NCBI GenBank assembly: GCA_964187785.1
Contig: OZ076410.1
Coordinates: 71,672,001-71,736,000, forward strand
Direction: 5' to 3'
DNA: 64,000 nt
DNA from: Amphiscolops sp. MND2022
Lineage: Eukaryota
Of the stretch, positions 10,673-25,446 are shown one piece after another. The notes beneath the pieces are model-generated. The model saw nothing but the letters and a program-made list of their open reading frames with translations, made no database searches and had not been told where the DNA came from. Positions within the stretch are counted from its first letter, which is position 1. Each line of letters starts with the position of its first letter. The position numbers and the translations under genes are program-made.

Positions 10673-13029
10673 GTTGAAAAAATTTTTGGTGTGACGTAGG
10701 CTCCCACAGAATGTTCTTGTTTGGAAAACTACCAGTCTATAGTCAGCAAGAACTTACAATGGCTAACAAAGGGGAGAGTTCCCCAGAGGAAATCAAACCT
10801 TACCTCATGAGAAAGCACCAACACCAGCAGATGACAACGCCTCAAACAGCAATACAACCCTTCAACGCAGTCACTTCCAACGCTACAACCAGCAAAACAC
10901 CAACTCCACCACCACAACCAGAACGCAAATAGTTCGAGGGAAAAAAATGCTACTGTGGGAAGACTGGGCACCGGAAGATCGAATGCCGAGCAAAGGAGCG
11001 AGACGAAGCGAATGGAATCACAAAAGAGGACGCAATTAAGATGAAATAACCTGCTGACCCCGACAAACTAAAATAAACCCCTAAATTGGTCTGCCAAATT
11101 TGCGGGGCATTGGGCTCGTGATTGCAGACGCCGAGTAACAAAAGAGAGCAGTTCTGAATCTGGAAAGGTTCCATACACCACCAACTCACAAGAGGACAAC
11201 AAGAACAAACGATAAGACCTAATAACAACGAACCCTCAACTCAATCGAGGTCGTAAAGGAAGACGATGAACAAGAAAGCTACTCTGACGAAGACCTTCTA
11301 CAGGGTTTTTGAAAACGCCACAAAGTCCCCCCGATAACAGCGACGCGCGAACGACCAGACTGACTAACAACACTTCACAAGGACGTCCAATGAAGACATG
11401 GCAGCCTTCACTGGACAAACGATCGAAAGCTTACGACGTCTATCAGCAAAAATGCAACCACAATGAAAATGGGAAGGGAAATTCATTTCCACACACTGGA
11501 ATTAGATTCTCTCCAGTCGCTGAGATTGACGATGACAAAACGGTGAACTGGCAGAACAACGAGGCAGGTGGACGATGCCAAAGAGATGAAGAGTAATCAT
11601 CTAACTGATGACTACGGCTCTACTACAAACACTGCAAGACACACGGCTTAGTACTAAAAATCCTGTAAAACAAACTAGTATTAACCTTAAAAGTAAAAAA
11701 CATTCAACAAAACGGAAATTCTTGTGCTTAGTCCAACTTTATAAAAAAACAAAAAATAAAAAACGTTGTACTCCTGGACACTGGTACAATTCAAAGTGAC
11801 ATGTCGCAAGCTGAATTACAAAAAACACTACGGCTCACCCCGAAGCTGTTTTCACCGAACTACCAACTTCAAAATTTAAAGTCCATGTCGCAAATGGTAA
11901 CCTCGTCGCAGTTCGTAAACAAGTTTTACTTAGTATTTACGTTACCGGAAAAGTATTTGAAACCTTTTTAGTCTTACCAACCATGGGAACCATTTTAATA
12001 GGATTGTCATTTTTTGAAAGACTGGGTTAGTTTAGACGTCAAAAAGCATCTTGTACACTTTCCCAGCAACATGATGTCCACGCAAGTACGCCAACGTAGA
12101 AACATCGATTCAAAACCGGGTTAATCAAGTTTTGTTCCAACTCCAGAACAGTTATCCCTCCTCTCCACCTAGTAATTACACAGGTCCACAGCGACACGGA
12201 AATCTCACTCAACTGGAGCAGTCGAGGGAGCCCCGGCATTTAAGCGGAAGACCTGTTTGCTTGTTTCACCAGCAGTGGTGGTCCTTGACGAGGGCAAGAC
12301 AACATTTCAGGTCACCAATCCAATCAACCAGACGTACGCACTCTATGCCAACACCACCTTGGCACCTTTCCGAATTTCCACACCACATCAGGCAGCAAAC
12401 ATCACGCCCATGCCGGTGGAACACTTGAACTTGATCACAGCGTACCAAGACGAGGCAAAAGCAGTGATCATGCTTTTGTGAACCCTGACACGAAAGCAAC
12501 CAAGTGGTAAACTACACCAGAGACGTGCAATGAACCAGACAAACTCAACGCCACAAAACGACGAATTTAGGATGAGACCCTGGCTCTGCAAGAACTGAAG
12601 AATCTGAACCCGTCCAAACCCGAATCACAACGGATGAACTTCACATGGCACGACTCGCTTCCCACACCGTCTGAACGGTTACAAGTAAAGGAGTTGCTGG
12701 TAAAGTACAACTCCATTTTTGCTAGACATCGGCTTGATATTGACATGAACAACGATTTTAATGTTATGCTAACGCCCCAACTTGAAGAACCATTACTCTC
12801 AAAGTCTGCCTAGTCCGACAAAACTGAAGGACGATTTGCTTGTAGAGTTAGCTTTAAAGCAAGAGTATGGGATTATAACTACTTGACCTCATAGCAAATG
12901 TTTTTCCCCAATTTATGCTCAACGAAAACCAAAGGGAGGATTTTAGTTGATTCGAGAACATTTAGCCATCTCATCAGAAATGACTACAGCGAACGAAACT
13001 ACCCAGTGACTACAATTGCTGATGCTGCG

Positions 13030-13512
13030 TTTGACTCACTTCAACTCAATGTCTGGTGGTCGTCGTTTTGGAGAAAGATTGACAAAAGTAACGTCAATTG
13101 ATAAGCTTCTGTAACGTTCGGCATAACATCACAGTAATACCAAAGCTGTCCCAACACAGCAAGGATTGTATAAGGTTTCAGTATGTTTATCAAAACAACT
13201 ATGCTCTTCAACAATTATGTAATTGACGTGTTACATGTACAGTTGAACTTGTTTACAAACATTAAAACAAAAGACAGACAAATGATTGACGGGCAGGTAC
13301 ATTCGTTTGGGATCGTTTAGGGTCACGGTAAAAAAGGGGAAAAGTCGAAAAAAAGGAAAAATGGTCGAGTCCCAGAAGTGTTAGAACCCGGTTCTCGAAC
13401 ATGGGTTAGGTATTTAACCACTATGCCATTTGGAGTTACATGGTCAAGGTTGAAGGTCAACCATAATGGGAAATTTAATTAATGTTAACAAAGTTGCCTT
13501 CAGTCGGCAACA
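13030..13512 (-). repeat. Pao-A 3' LTR
   Basis: Aligns with 29043-29508; starts TGTTGCCGA on the minus strand right after the PPT. Confidence 0.9.
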
Positions 13513-16500
13513 TCCTCCCACCCGAAGGACGAGGAGGAAAGTACAGGGACAAGTTTTACTAGAAATCGGATACAACAACCTGATTGCGCTTTCAGGTTCG
13601 CGGAACGTGCTGTACTATCTTGCCCATAGTTCAGCGATTCAACCCAAGCCATTGGATAGTAACTCCGGGGGCTACTCTTTTCCCAAATCCAAACAAGGTT
13701 GCCTGTTGGGAGCTTGTGAGGTGAGGGAGTCTGCCACTTCGACCTTCGGTCGAGTGATGGCACATACTCATTGAGCAACCTGGACCAGATCGCATTTGCG
13801 TACGCTTTCGCTCGCATATGATTCTTTCGATGATCAAAATAAGTCGCAATTGCCAAAGACGATATACTTGAACAACGGTGCCCTAAGAGAAAATGATTCG
13901 GTGTGACCGCATCGAGTTCATTAGGGTTAGAGCTAACAGCTGTTATGGGTCGAGCGTTAAGACTTTGATCCACAAGGGCAAACGTAGTACGAAGAACTTC
14001 ATCAGTAAATTTCTGATTGCCAATAATTGAAAAAAAGACCTGTTTGCAGCTCCTCACAAGTCTTGCTCTTGCTCCGCTAAGGTGTGGCGCAACCGGGGAG
14101 GATTGAACTTTATTTTATTCCTCTGTCTGCCAAGAACGGCGGTGCACCGGAGTTCCAAGATCCGAACGTGGATACTAATTCCATCTCAGCGGCGACGAAA
14201 TTTGTCTCATTAACGTGCCAAATGGTTGACGGCTTTCCTCGTCAAGCAATGAACTTCTCAATACCCACGATGCAAGAACTCGTGTCCATTGAAGATACGA
14301 TTTCGATGTGTATTGCGCTTGTCGTTTAACACCAGAAAAGAAAGCACCATCTTATCTTAATTGACATTTGAACAGACACGTGGAACGGTCCGAAGTAATC
14401 AACACCTTTATTCCAAAAGACTGGTGGTTGGGGACTGAGGCGTTCTTTCGGGAGGTCAGACATCATTGGCGTGATTGTCGGAGCTCGACGTTTTCGACAA
14501 AAGAAGCAACTGGAATGAATGCTGCAAAGGACTGAACGAAGTTTCAAAACACCGTAGTTCTGTTGAACAACAGCTTGCAAATAGTCGACATCCTGGTGAT
14601 GATGACTGCGATGTAAGTGCGACAGAAAAAGTGTCACAACAGGGTGACGGGCGTTGAAGAGGATCGGGTGTTTCATACCGATTGCGACACCTGCAAGACG
14701 CTGAATGTGACCGGTAGACCGAACGAGTCCAGCGGATCCGACGAAGGGTGAGTACTGTATAAACGGACTTAAACGACTTATGCACTTGTTCTCAAGTAAT
14801 TGCTTCCGAATACAAGAAAAGGATTCGCCTTGGGCTAGGTACGGCACTTTTTACTGAGCGATGTCCATTTGAAACGGATCTGGAAAACTTTCGTCCATAG
14901 TTCGGTAGCGTTTGGATGAACACGCATTACATATGCCATGATTCGAAGAATTTTGGCATAGGAAATATTTTTCTCCCAAGGAAAAACATTCCCAGGGGTA
15001 ACGATACCTTCACTGTGACAAAAGTTACTTTTAGAGGCAATGTTTCAGATTTCGGACTTACCAATAGGCCTTGTACGTTAGACGTTGAAAAAAAAACAGA
15101 AAAAGTGCGTCTTCAGCCAGCAACTATCGAAGAGAGACTCAGCGGTTACTCCCCGGGTACCGGCGTCTGCGAGGATATCTGAAGTGCCAACGTGGTTCCA
15201 TTGGTCCACTGTTGTGAGCTCAAGGATCTCTGAAACTCTGTTCGCACGAGTTCGGGCAACGAGATCGCCACGAAAGGTGGCTGTTTTCACTCGAATGAAG
15301 ACATTGAATCACAGTTGTACTGTCTGTCCAAAGAGAAATTCTATCTATCGTGTTGGCCAGTGCCTTCAGACTTTCATTTTTCAGACACGAGTTTGCCACG
15401 AAGAAATGCGACAGCACAAAGTATCTCCTGAGAGCTATCGCCAAATACATGAAGTTCGACAGAATCGACAGGGGAAGGAAAATAGCATCGAGGATATGCT
15501 AATTCGCTGAGCATGGGAAGACCTTTTCTCCAATGTAGGAAACGTTGACAGATATCTTCAGTCACGTGGAACGCCATTGTTGGCCATGAAGACGCCAAAT
15601 TTCTTTGAGAAGCAACCTTGAGGACACTGTAAGGTGCTAACAAACCGATCGGGTCGAAGACAGAAAAAACCTGCCTCAGTGTAACTCGTTGAGTTATGAT
15701 CAAATGATTGATAGTATCAAAACCACGACTGACTACTAAGGTGTCTTCAACATGGTTTCATCTCAATCGGTGGACTTGAGATGTTTCTTCTGACTCCTGG
15801 GGGGGAGGGGTGATGGAAATCGATTTCTGTTCCGGTTTAGTTGCGTCATTGCTCAATTGTGAAGCGAGGTTTGGTACGTCACTTACGAACTTCGTCAGCT
15901 CGAAACCTTCAAGTTTCAAAAGGACAACGAGTTCATCGGCTCTGTGGATTGCTTTCAATTCCGAATCTAGAGAATCCAATTAGTCATTAGTCATCCATGT
16001 AGAACTTTAACTTCACTAGCAAAGCTGCGGCAGGAAACTTGTCTTCGTGGTCGAAAGCGGTCTTTCCTAAGCCAAAATTAGACCAAGTCGGGGAACTTTT
16101 GGCGCCAAAATGTGTCGGATGTATTTATAAACCTCCACATCGCGTGAGGGGTCCTCCCGCCACAAAAAGCTAACCGACTTCTGATATCCCGGTATTACTC
16201 CAACTTGCATAAACATAGCCTCAAAATCCGCAGAACCTGGGTACCTATGTTCTCAAAAACGGAAAATCACATGGAGAAGACTCTGTGAAAGTTCAGGACC
16301 AGTTAACAAACAATTGTTGAGCGAACAGTCATGACATTTGGAGGTACCGTTTAAAACTCTTCGCACTTTACCGGGTGTTTGCGTTATGCGGGTTAACAAC
16401 GGCATGATGCGGAAGATACCACTCTCGGTCGGTTCTCTCAGAAAGGTTATGAGGTGACACTTTGGTTATGTAACCTTTGTGGAGGTCATCCTGAATAGTC

Positions 16501-18505
16501 TTGCTATAGCTACTCATTAGGTCGGCGTTTATGTTCAGCTTGTTAGCGAGTGATTCAGGCTGGACTAGAGCAGAAAAGTAGGTGTCCGGAAGTTTGCAAT
16601 TATCTTCAGCCCATAACATTGTCACTTGGTAATGTTCACCGTAGTGGAAGGTAGTGCTTTTGAGAATTCGAAGAGCCCGGTTGTCGGCTTTCGAACGGGA
16701 TTCAACGGACTTGTATGCACCGAACGACTCGATGTTATACCAATGTTTCATTTGATCAGCTAACATGACTTTCTTTACGTTGGCTCTATAGCAAGTCGAA
16801 GATAGACATGAACTTAATGGCAAGGGTCCACTCAACAACTATCCTAAAGGAAGTCGGACAATGACTGGGGCCTTTTTCGAATCGGTTACGAATTACTCCA
16901 GAGGTCAGATGGCGCTGCAGCTCCAATGGTTGGAGAGGTGGATACTTATCTTGTAAGCAAGCAACATCAATGACGTCCGAACGTGTTTTGTTCACTCGCA
17001 GATGAGACTGAACAAGAGGCCTTCATTGTGACGGGAGATGTCTTTGATATTCTCAACGGGAAAACACGTTCAGCTCCGTGGAGGAGGGGATTGTGTGAGC
17101 TGGTGCCTACCATTTTTCTCGCATTTCCGAGGACGGGAACAACTCCTGAGAAATGATTAGCTCTGAAACAAGTAAAAGACAATTGTTGTTTTGCAATAAA
17201 TCTTCCGCGTGTGTAGGGGTTTTCCCTTTGAAAAAAGCTCAATTCCACAAAAAGCGATGCCCTATACACACCATGCACTGAGTAGAAGATTTCTGTTGCA
17301 AGCCAGGAGATTGCTTCACCTACCGATTGTCTGACTGGTTCGACACAAACGCTCTGATAGATGTTTTAGTTTTACTGGCTAGTATTGGGCTTTCGTCTGT
17401 TTTGCCTTTCGAAGACCATGATTGCATGCTCACATGCGCCTCGGCTTCTCTCGGCCATGAGTGTGGGTCTCACCCCAGTTTGTTTAACAGTGAAATGGGA
17501 CCATCCCTCCTTCACAATTGGAGGAAGCTTGCTGATAGCTTTATTCAGTCGTGAAGTACTCTGTAAATTAGCATCATAACGTAAGGAATCGGAAATGCCC
17601 ATGAGGCTCAAAATTGCTATTTAGCAATTGATGATGTGTTCAGAATTGTGCATGTTGGCGCCAGTCATCCGCAGGCAAAGAAAGTTGATTTGGAACATGT
17701 TGGTTGAGAAACAAGAACTTAAACTCTAAAAAACTTAGATGAAAAATTTAAGAAAATGCAATCATCACAAATCTTTAAACCCCCCCAAATGGGTTTTCTC
17801 GAAGACTGTTAGTCATAGAGCCTTGAAATTTGGTACACATATGTACGGACCTGACACGCACACACCGGCCAAGTTTCAAGGTCATTACCCCATTATAACC
17901 CCCTTTATTCTTCACATGTGTGGTGTTCAAGGTCATTATGACAAAAATGTAAACTTTGTTATTTACCTCTATGACCACATTAGAATGTAACTCTGTTGCA
18001 ATTGATGATATTTACATTGTGTAAACATGCCTTAGAGCCCACCTAACCAACATGCTATACCCACACTATGGTTTGTTTACATAGCCAATAACTTTAATAA
18101 TTCACTTAATTGTCATTTATTTATACTTCATATTTTGACTTATATTTACTGTAGAATTGTAAACGATATGTATACCACAACTAGTTAGGCACAAATTGAT
18201 TGGAAAGCTGTATTCAAGTTGGGTCTTAGCACCATTTCAATTCTCAATTCATTTCTTCACCTCTTTTCGACTTTTCACCAAAGACTTATGGCGACTAAGT
18301 TAGTTACTCTCAACTTGTGGAGAGTTGGACGTGTTAAGAGACAATGAAGAAGTGCAATTCGGGATCATTGGATCCTACTAAGTCAAGATACAGTCCTTTT
18401 AATCTAAGAAGCAAGCAGTGTTCGGTAACGATCTGCAGTGCCGAGCACCGATTTCAGGGCGGCATAAAGTTTGGTCAAGTGAAGGGATCAAGCAGCCGTT
18501 ACATT

Positions 18506-18521
18506 TGGTCCGCCGACCCGG
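18506..18521 (+). promoter_or_regulatory. Pao-B primer-binding site, probably tRNA-Tyr
   Basis: TGGTCCGCCGACCCGG 2 nt after the LTR; the implied tRNA end GTCGGCGGACCA has G72/A73, the eukaryotic Tyr identity pattern. Near-identical PBS in Pao-A. Confidence 0.7.
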
Positions 18522-18724
18522 ACATCATCGATTGGGCGGATATCATCAGTTTTGGGGCGCACATAATCAATTGGGCGGACAACTGGATGATCATCTGATT
18601 GCTACACAGCCAAAACAGCACTGTGCGAACAAGTGAACGTGTACAGTGAACCACCACTGGTGGTGATCTATACAAAACTGTGTGCGCTGCAAAGCGGTCT
18701 CGTCTGGGCTCTCCTGGGTGTATT

Positions 18725-19080
18725 GTGTACTCTGGGGCTTGGGATACTTCTGCAGCCTCTGGGAGATTGTATTCGCAGTGGTATTACTGGAGCTCTTGGG
18801 TATAAGGTGTACTCTGGGGTTTTGGGGTACTTCATCGGTTTGTTGGGAATTGTATTCACAGCAGAATTTGGATTCCTGTGGTTAGTTAGTGTACTCTGGG
18901 GTTTTGGGCTACTTCATCCGTTAGTTGGGAATTGTATTCACAGCAGAATTTGGACTCCTGTGGTTAGTAAGTGTACTCTGGGGTTTTGGGCTACTTCATT
19001 GGCTTGTTGGGAGTTGTATTCACAGCAGAATTTGGACTCCTGTGGTTAGTAAGCGTACTCTGTGGTTTTGGGCTAGTTCA
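18725..19080 (+). repeat. 82-nt tandem repeat (~4.3 units) in the Pao-B leader
   Basis: GTGTACTCTGG starts at 18725, 18807, 18889, 18971 and (variant) 19053. Confidence 0.92.
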
Positions 19081-19126
19081 AAATGGCTGAACCTAAGAGA
19101 ATTGATTACAAAAAATTGACAACTAC

Positions 19127-22100
19127 TTGAAGAGTTCTATCGATAAGCCACAATGGGAGAGCAACATGAGAGCAATTCAAAACTTCGAGACAAAAATGGG
19201 TGAAATACATGCTGAGCTACGCAAAGCAGACACGACGAAGGAGAAACTCGCAGACCTTCTACCGAACCGACAAGACCTACTGCTCAGATGGAAGAGACTC
19301 GTCGCGGCGAACACAGCGCTCTTGAAAGCCAAGTATCAACCAGAATGGTCGTATAGCAAAGGTGACAGTTTTTGCAGATATCGGAATGAATTAGACTCCT
19401 TGGAAACACGACATAAAAACATTGGTCAGATGCTCACAAGGATGAGGAGCCTAAAGAATGAAGGACAGTTGAAGAGGTTCCTACAACTTCAAAACTCCAA
19501 AGAGAAATGTGATGAAATGCTTCGGAAAAACGAAGATGAAATCAATAAAAATCGGTATACTCTTTGCAACTCAGATGATTACAGAGAATTGGTAGAAACA
19601 AACAAAAAAACCTTCAAAAGGAGCGATGAAATTGTGGCCGAGATGAATGAGTTGTTGAAACACAGTGGAGATACTTCAATCTACAGTGAGTTGCATCGTA
19701 TGGAGGGAGTCATGGCCCGTGCCAGGGTGAATTGGCAAGAGCAGCAACTAAAGTCCCGCGACACTTCTCCTCAAAAGAACGCGAATGAAGAAGAGACACA
19801 AGGTACCGTTGGACCCAATTCGTTTGTGAATCGTTGTATTAATGAGGTGAATTCGTTACCCGGGGAAAGATATCAATGTGCAAGCAAGACACATTCAAGG
19901 GGCAACAGAACATCAGTTAGTTCAAAGTCAACTACTACAAAACGAGTGATGCTCCTAGAATTGGAAGCAATGAAGAAACAAGACGAAATCGATGAACAAC
20001 TAGCTGCAAAGAAACGTCAAGCAGAAATCCGAAACACGAGGAAACGGATAAACTCACAGAAGAACTCGAAATAGCTAAACTCCAAGAGGAGAAGGCAAGG
20101 ACTAAACGAATCGCAGAGAAGGAAATGGAAGTCGCTCGGGCGGAGGGAAACAGAGCAAGCACAAGTTTGCGAAGCATCTCGCCAATACCCATCCACAGCG
20201 ATCCGTTCGAAAAGGTACCTTATTGGCTTGATGAAAATGGATGTGACAAAAAACAACGAAGTTTGGAGAAGAGGTATCCAGAATCGCACTGGCCAGCGAA
20301 CCCATCAAACCACAACCTGACCCTTTGCCACACACAACGCAAATGTCCCACCTGGCTGCTAAAACAGCGCAGCCGACTATGGTAAAGGATGGCACGTCGG
20401 CCAGTCAATTCGCGCCGAACGCTGCATCAGCGAAGATGCAAATGAATGAGACTTTTCAACAGCATGTGCAGTTTGGGAACTTCGAACCTCCAAACCAACC
20501 AATGTTAAGTAATTAAACGAGAAATGGCACATTGCCTCCACCAGTGGCACCCTCAGCTAAATACTCTGCCCCCATACAGAGTCAGTTCGCGACATCAAGA
20601 AATGAAGCAGTGAGCCTACCAGCCAGTTTGCCGAAGCTGAAGCTGGCAGAACTCTCAGGCGACCCATTGGAATGGCCTGAGTGGTCAGGGTTGTTCCTCT
20701 CGACCGTGCACGCTGCAAACATCGACGCCAGCTTGAAGATGAATCATCTCAAAACGCTGGTCACTGGGAAAGCGAAAGAAGTGATAGCTGGACTAGGCTA
20801 CACTGGAGACATGTATGATATTGCTTGGAATACCTTGGTCGCGCACTTTGGAAGACCACAAGTGGTAGTTAACGCACAATTGAGACGAATATACACCTTT
20901 CCGCCAGCGAAAGCGTACGACTCCGTAGCATTGGTCAAATACTCGAGAAAAGTTTCAAGTTGTGTACAAGTTCTGACGCATATGAACCATGTTGGCGACT
21001 TGCAGTCAGAAGGCGTCCTGAGTAGTGCGACCGGAAAATTGCCAATGAACATGAAGACAAAATGGTTGACGCACGCGAGACAAAATGCTAATTACTACAT
21101 GGGGCTAGAAGCGTTCAGCTTATGGTTGCAAATGGTAGCAGCGGTGCAGGAAGATGGTCTCATGACAGGCAATCCCAACGCCGACAAATGGACAAGTAAA
21201 GACAAACCAAAGAACTCTACTTTCTCAACTTTCGCTGACGACAATTCCGACAAAGAGACTGGTCAAGATTGTCTTTTGAGAGATGGTAAACATCCTTTGT
21301 GGAAATGCGAGAAGTTTCTGAAGATGACATGTCAAGCGCGATACGAGAAAGTCAAAGAGCTGAAACTCTGTTTTTGCTGTTTGGCTGTTAAACATGTAGT
21401 GAAAGACTGCACATACAAAGCGTGTGGAGTCAAAGGTTGTAACAAGCGGCACCATGGATTGCTACATCGCGAAGCAAATGAACGGCCGGAAGATAGTGGA
21501 GTAGAAGACCCACAACAGAAGGCGGAGGCGATTTCTGCATTTTGCTCACTGAAGAACAGTGGGATTCTGCCAGTTATACCTGTCATCATCCAAATTGGAA
21601 AAAAGCAAGAATCGACCTTGGCGTTGTGTGACTCTGGAGCGAGCCTATCGTTCATAGACAAGAAATTAGCTGACAAGGTAAATGCTCACGGGGAAGAAAC
21701 CTGAGTGTGGCTGGAATACATGGGACCAGTGATGTGAAATGTGAAGGATTCACTGTGGGAATTCGTGGCAAGGCAATGAACGACACACCACATGACAGTT
21801 TACACTCATCCAAACATAGACGCCGGAACAAAGATCTACAACTTTCAGGAGCTCAAACTTGCCAACCCCATTTGTCGGTCCTAAGCGAAGAAACATTGAA
21901 ACTCAAAAATGTAAAAATGATATTGGGACAAAACTGCTACCATATTCATCGGCCTGAAGAATATAAAAGCTGCGCGAATGGTGAGCCTTGGGCAGTAAAA
22001 ACGAAACTTGGATGGACTCTCTGTGGACCACTTCCACGGCAAAGGGCTGTGCAGATGACTGCATCTTGCGTAACAGCTTCTGAAGATGATGTGCTGGCAG

Positions 22101-25100
22101 AACAAATTAAAACTTGGTGGGACATTGAATCCTACGCACCACCCGCATCCCGCTGTGATGTATCTGGAAGGTCCAAGGACGACGAGAAAGCGTTGCAGAT
22201 GCTAGAACAAACCACAAAGTTTGATGGTGAAAGATACGAAGTTGGACTCCTCTGGAAAAGAAGGCACCCCTTCTTGCCGAACAATTATTTGTCGGCATTG
22301 AACCAAATGAAATCATTGGAGTATAGACTTGAAAGGCAGCCAGAATTGAAAAAACTTTATCAAGACACCATCAAAGTAGATGTTGAGAAGGGACTCGTCA
22401 GAATCTTAAAGCAGGAAGAATTAGAAGCTACAAAATTAGAAAGACAGTGGTATGTACCACATCACCCAGTGCAAAACCCAAACAAACCTGGAAAAGTAAG
22501 GCGAATGTGCAACGCAGCCTCTAAATTCAGAGGAATTTCACTGAACGATAACCTTTTGACAGGACCGGACTTACTGCAGAATCTAATTGGAATCATCTTC
22601 AGGTTCAGAGAACAAAGGGTCGCCATCACCGCCGACATTGAGGCGATGTTCCTCCAGGTGAAAGTACCACCGGGAGATTGTAAAGTGTTGAGATTTTTAT
22701 GGAGAGACAATCCAAACGAACCCGTTAAGGTGTATGAGTATGGAAGACATATCTTCGGAGCCAAAAGTTTGCCGACTTGCGCCAATTATGCTCTGCAACA
22801 AGTTGCAGGAGATAACGCACAGGAGTCCCCACAATTTACCAAACTGATAAGGCAAACTTCTATATGAATGACTTTGTCAAGTCTGTTCCCAGCGCGGAGC
22901 AGGCTATTGAAACCTACAATATATTGAGAGCGATGTTAGCAAGGGGAGGCTGTCACTTAACAAAATGGATTAGCAACTGCGAACAGACTATGACATCTAT
23001 CGACCAAGCAGACAAGTCACCGTCCTCTAGCAAAACCTTCGAAGCTGAGCCGACCTCTCCATTCATCTTGGGATTGCAATGAAACGTTGATGCAGATAAT
23101 CTGGAAGTCTGCAGAGACATGCAGAAGGAGATACCGGTGAAGATAACTCAGCGAGCGGTGTTATCCCATGTTTCAGCTGTGTTCGACCCTCTGGGAATAG
23201 TGTCTCCTTTTACTATCAGAATGCGACTGCTACTAAAATCAATATGGAAGGAGGACGGACAGTCGTGGGATAAAGAACTGAATGAAGGAAATCGACATGA
23301 GTTTAAGAAATGGGCATCCGAGATGATTCATGTGAATCAAATGGTCCTTAAAAGAACATACTTCGAGTCTGGAGTGAACAAAGTTGATCTACTTATCTTC
23401 TCAGACGCTTCGTTGGAAGCAATGTGTATGGTTGCTTATTTGAGAAAACAAGACAATGGCGAAGTGACCTTCGTCATTGGATAATGCAGAGTAGCTCCAA
23501 TTAGGAACATGACAGTGGCCAAGTTGGAGATGCAGGCAGCAGTCTTTGGAGTAAGACTGCGTGAACTCATTTTAGAAGAACATGATATTGAAGTAGACCG
23601 AATCGTACACTGGACCGATTCAACAACGGTCCTACATCGACTTCACGCAAGCAACAACAAGCAACCTGTCTTTGTAGCGAACATAGTCGCAGAGATCCTC
23701 GAAAATTCAACTATAGACCAATGGCGACATGTGGAAGGAAAAGTGAATCCTGCTGACATTGGAACTCGAGGAATAACAGTTGAAGCCCTGAAAGAGAGTG
23801 AGTGGCTCACAGGGCCGGCATGGCTTACCGAGACAGAGGACGCCTGGCCTAAGGCGCCTGAAAAATTGCAATTCAGCATTCAAGAAGAGCAAGAACCAGT
23901 CATGGAAGCTACTGTGATGGAACCCGCATTCGAATGGGAAAGATTCGGGTCTTTCAAGAAGATGATTTGAGTGTTCTCATACTGTCTAAGGTAAAAGAAA
24001 AGGAATTCTGGAGAAATTCTGACAGTTGAAGAACTCAATGCGGCAAAACTGGCAGTTTTGAAGCGTTGTCAGAAGGAAAGTTTCCATGATTCCTACGAGA
24101 AGATCTACAAAGGGCAGCCGTTGCCGGCATCACTTCAATTGAATAAATTATCGCCGTTTCTGGATGAAAAAGCATTGCTGCGACTACATGGCCGACTGCA
24201 GCATTCAAGATCAAGTTAAGAGATCAAACACCCGATCTTGTTGTCAGCAAAGCACTATGTAGTCATCAAGTTGATTGAAGATATTCATCGAGCGAATTTT
24301 CATGAAGTCACAGAATACGTCAGAAGTGTTCTGAGGCAAAAATACTGGATTATTGGATTGCGAAACGCTTTGAGGAACGTCAAAGCGAAATGTGATAATT
24401 GTAGAAAGCAACGAGCTGGAGTGTCTCAACCATTTATAGCTGATTTACCACGAGAGAGATTGCAGGAACGAACATTCCCCTTTACCAACACTGGAGTTGA
24501 CTATTTTGGTCCCTTTGGAATGAAGTTCATGCGCAAGATCATGAAGATATGGTGCTGCTTCTTCACCTGTTTGACAACTAGAGCAGTACACATCGAAGTT
24601 GTTCCATCTTTGGAAGCAGAAACCTGCTTAACTGCTATCACACGGTTTATTGCCCGGAGAGGCAAACCTGCTACAATTCTGAGCGATAATGGGACGAACT
24701 TCGTGGGTGCAGCCAAAGAAAGGAGAGATTGTATAAAAGCGTGGAATCTGTCAGACATTGAGATGTCTTTAGTTCAAAAAGACATCAAGTGGAAATTCAA
24801 CCCTCCTGGAGCCCCTCATTTTGGAGGAATCTGGGAACGATTGGTCCGAAGTTGTAAAAAAGCAATGATGGCTGTATTGGATGGGCGATCCTTGACGGAC
24901 GACGTCCTTATAAAAACTATGTGTTTAGTAGAGCAGACATTGCACGATAGACCACTGACTAGTGTTAGTGCCTATCCTGATGACCTGGAAGCTTTGACAC
25001 CGAACCACTTCTTAATGGGAAGAACTATTTTAGCCACACCGTTTCTACCAGACGGTCAACGTTACACAGATTTGAGACGGGTATTCAGAGTGTCGCAAGC

Positions 25101-25446
25101 TTATTCAGATATGATCTGGAGCAGATGGACAAAAGAATATATGCCGGAATGGAATGTGCGTAATAAATGGAACAAAGATGACGTGAGACAGCTGAAAGTC
25201 AACTATTTGGTTTGGGTCGTGTATGAAAATGTGAAGCGGTCCAACTACAAGATGGCGAGAGTATTGGAGATGCAAGAAGGAAGCGACGGCAGAGTTAGAT
25301 CTGCGACAGTGGTGACGAAAGATGGCAAACTCAAAAGACCAGTAGTGAAACTGGCACCCCTGTTCTATGAAAGTGTTTTTCGGGAGAAAAACAGGGCCGG
25401 CAATGTTGGCGTCAGACACCCGCAGGCAAAGAAAGTTGAATTGTAA
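19127..25446 (+). pseudogene. Pao-B gag-pol polyprotein (gag/DUF1759, Cys/His knuckles, protease, RT, RNase H, integrase) with stops and frameshifts
   Basis: GDPLEWPEW, CFCCLAVKH, LCDSGA, WYVPHHPV, ADIEAMFLQV, VFDPLG, FSDAS, GVDYFGP, LTPNHFLMG; the final ORF ends inside the 3' LTR. Confidence 0.95.

Noticed and set aside
18725-19080. CRISPR array
   Set aside because: Contiguous tandem units without unique spacers, eukaryotic context, no cas genes.
18633-19119. Hydrophobic ORFs in the Pao-B leader as an env or membrane protein
   Set aside because: They derive from an 82-nt repeat (not a multiple of 3), so frames rotate, and G/T-rich sequence is hydrophobic in every frame.
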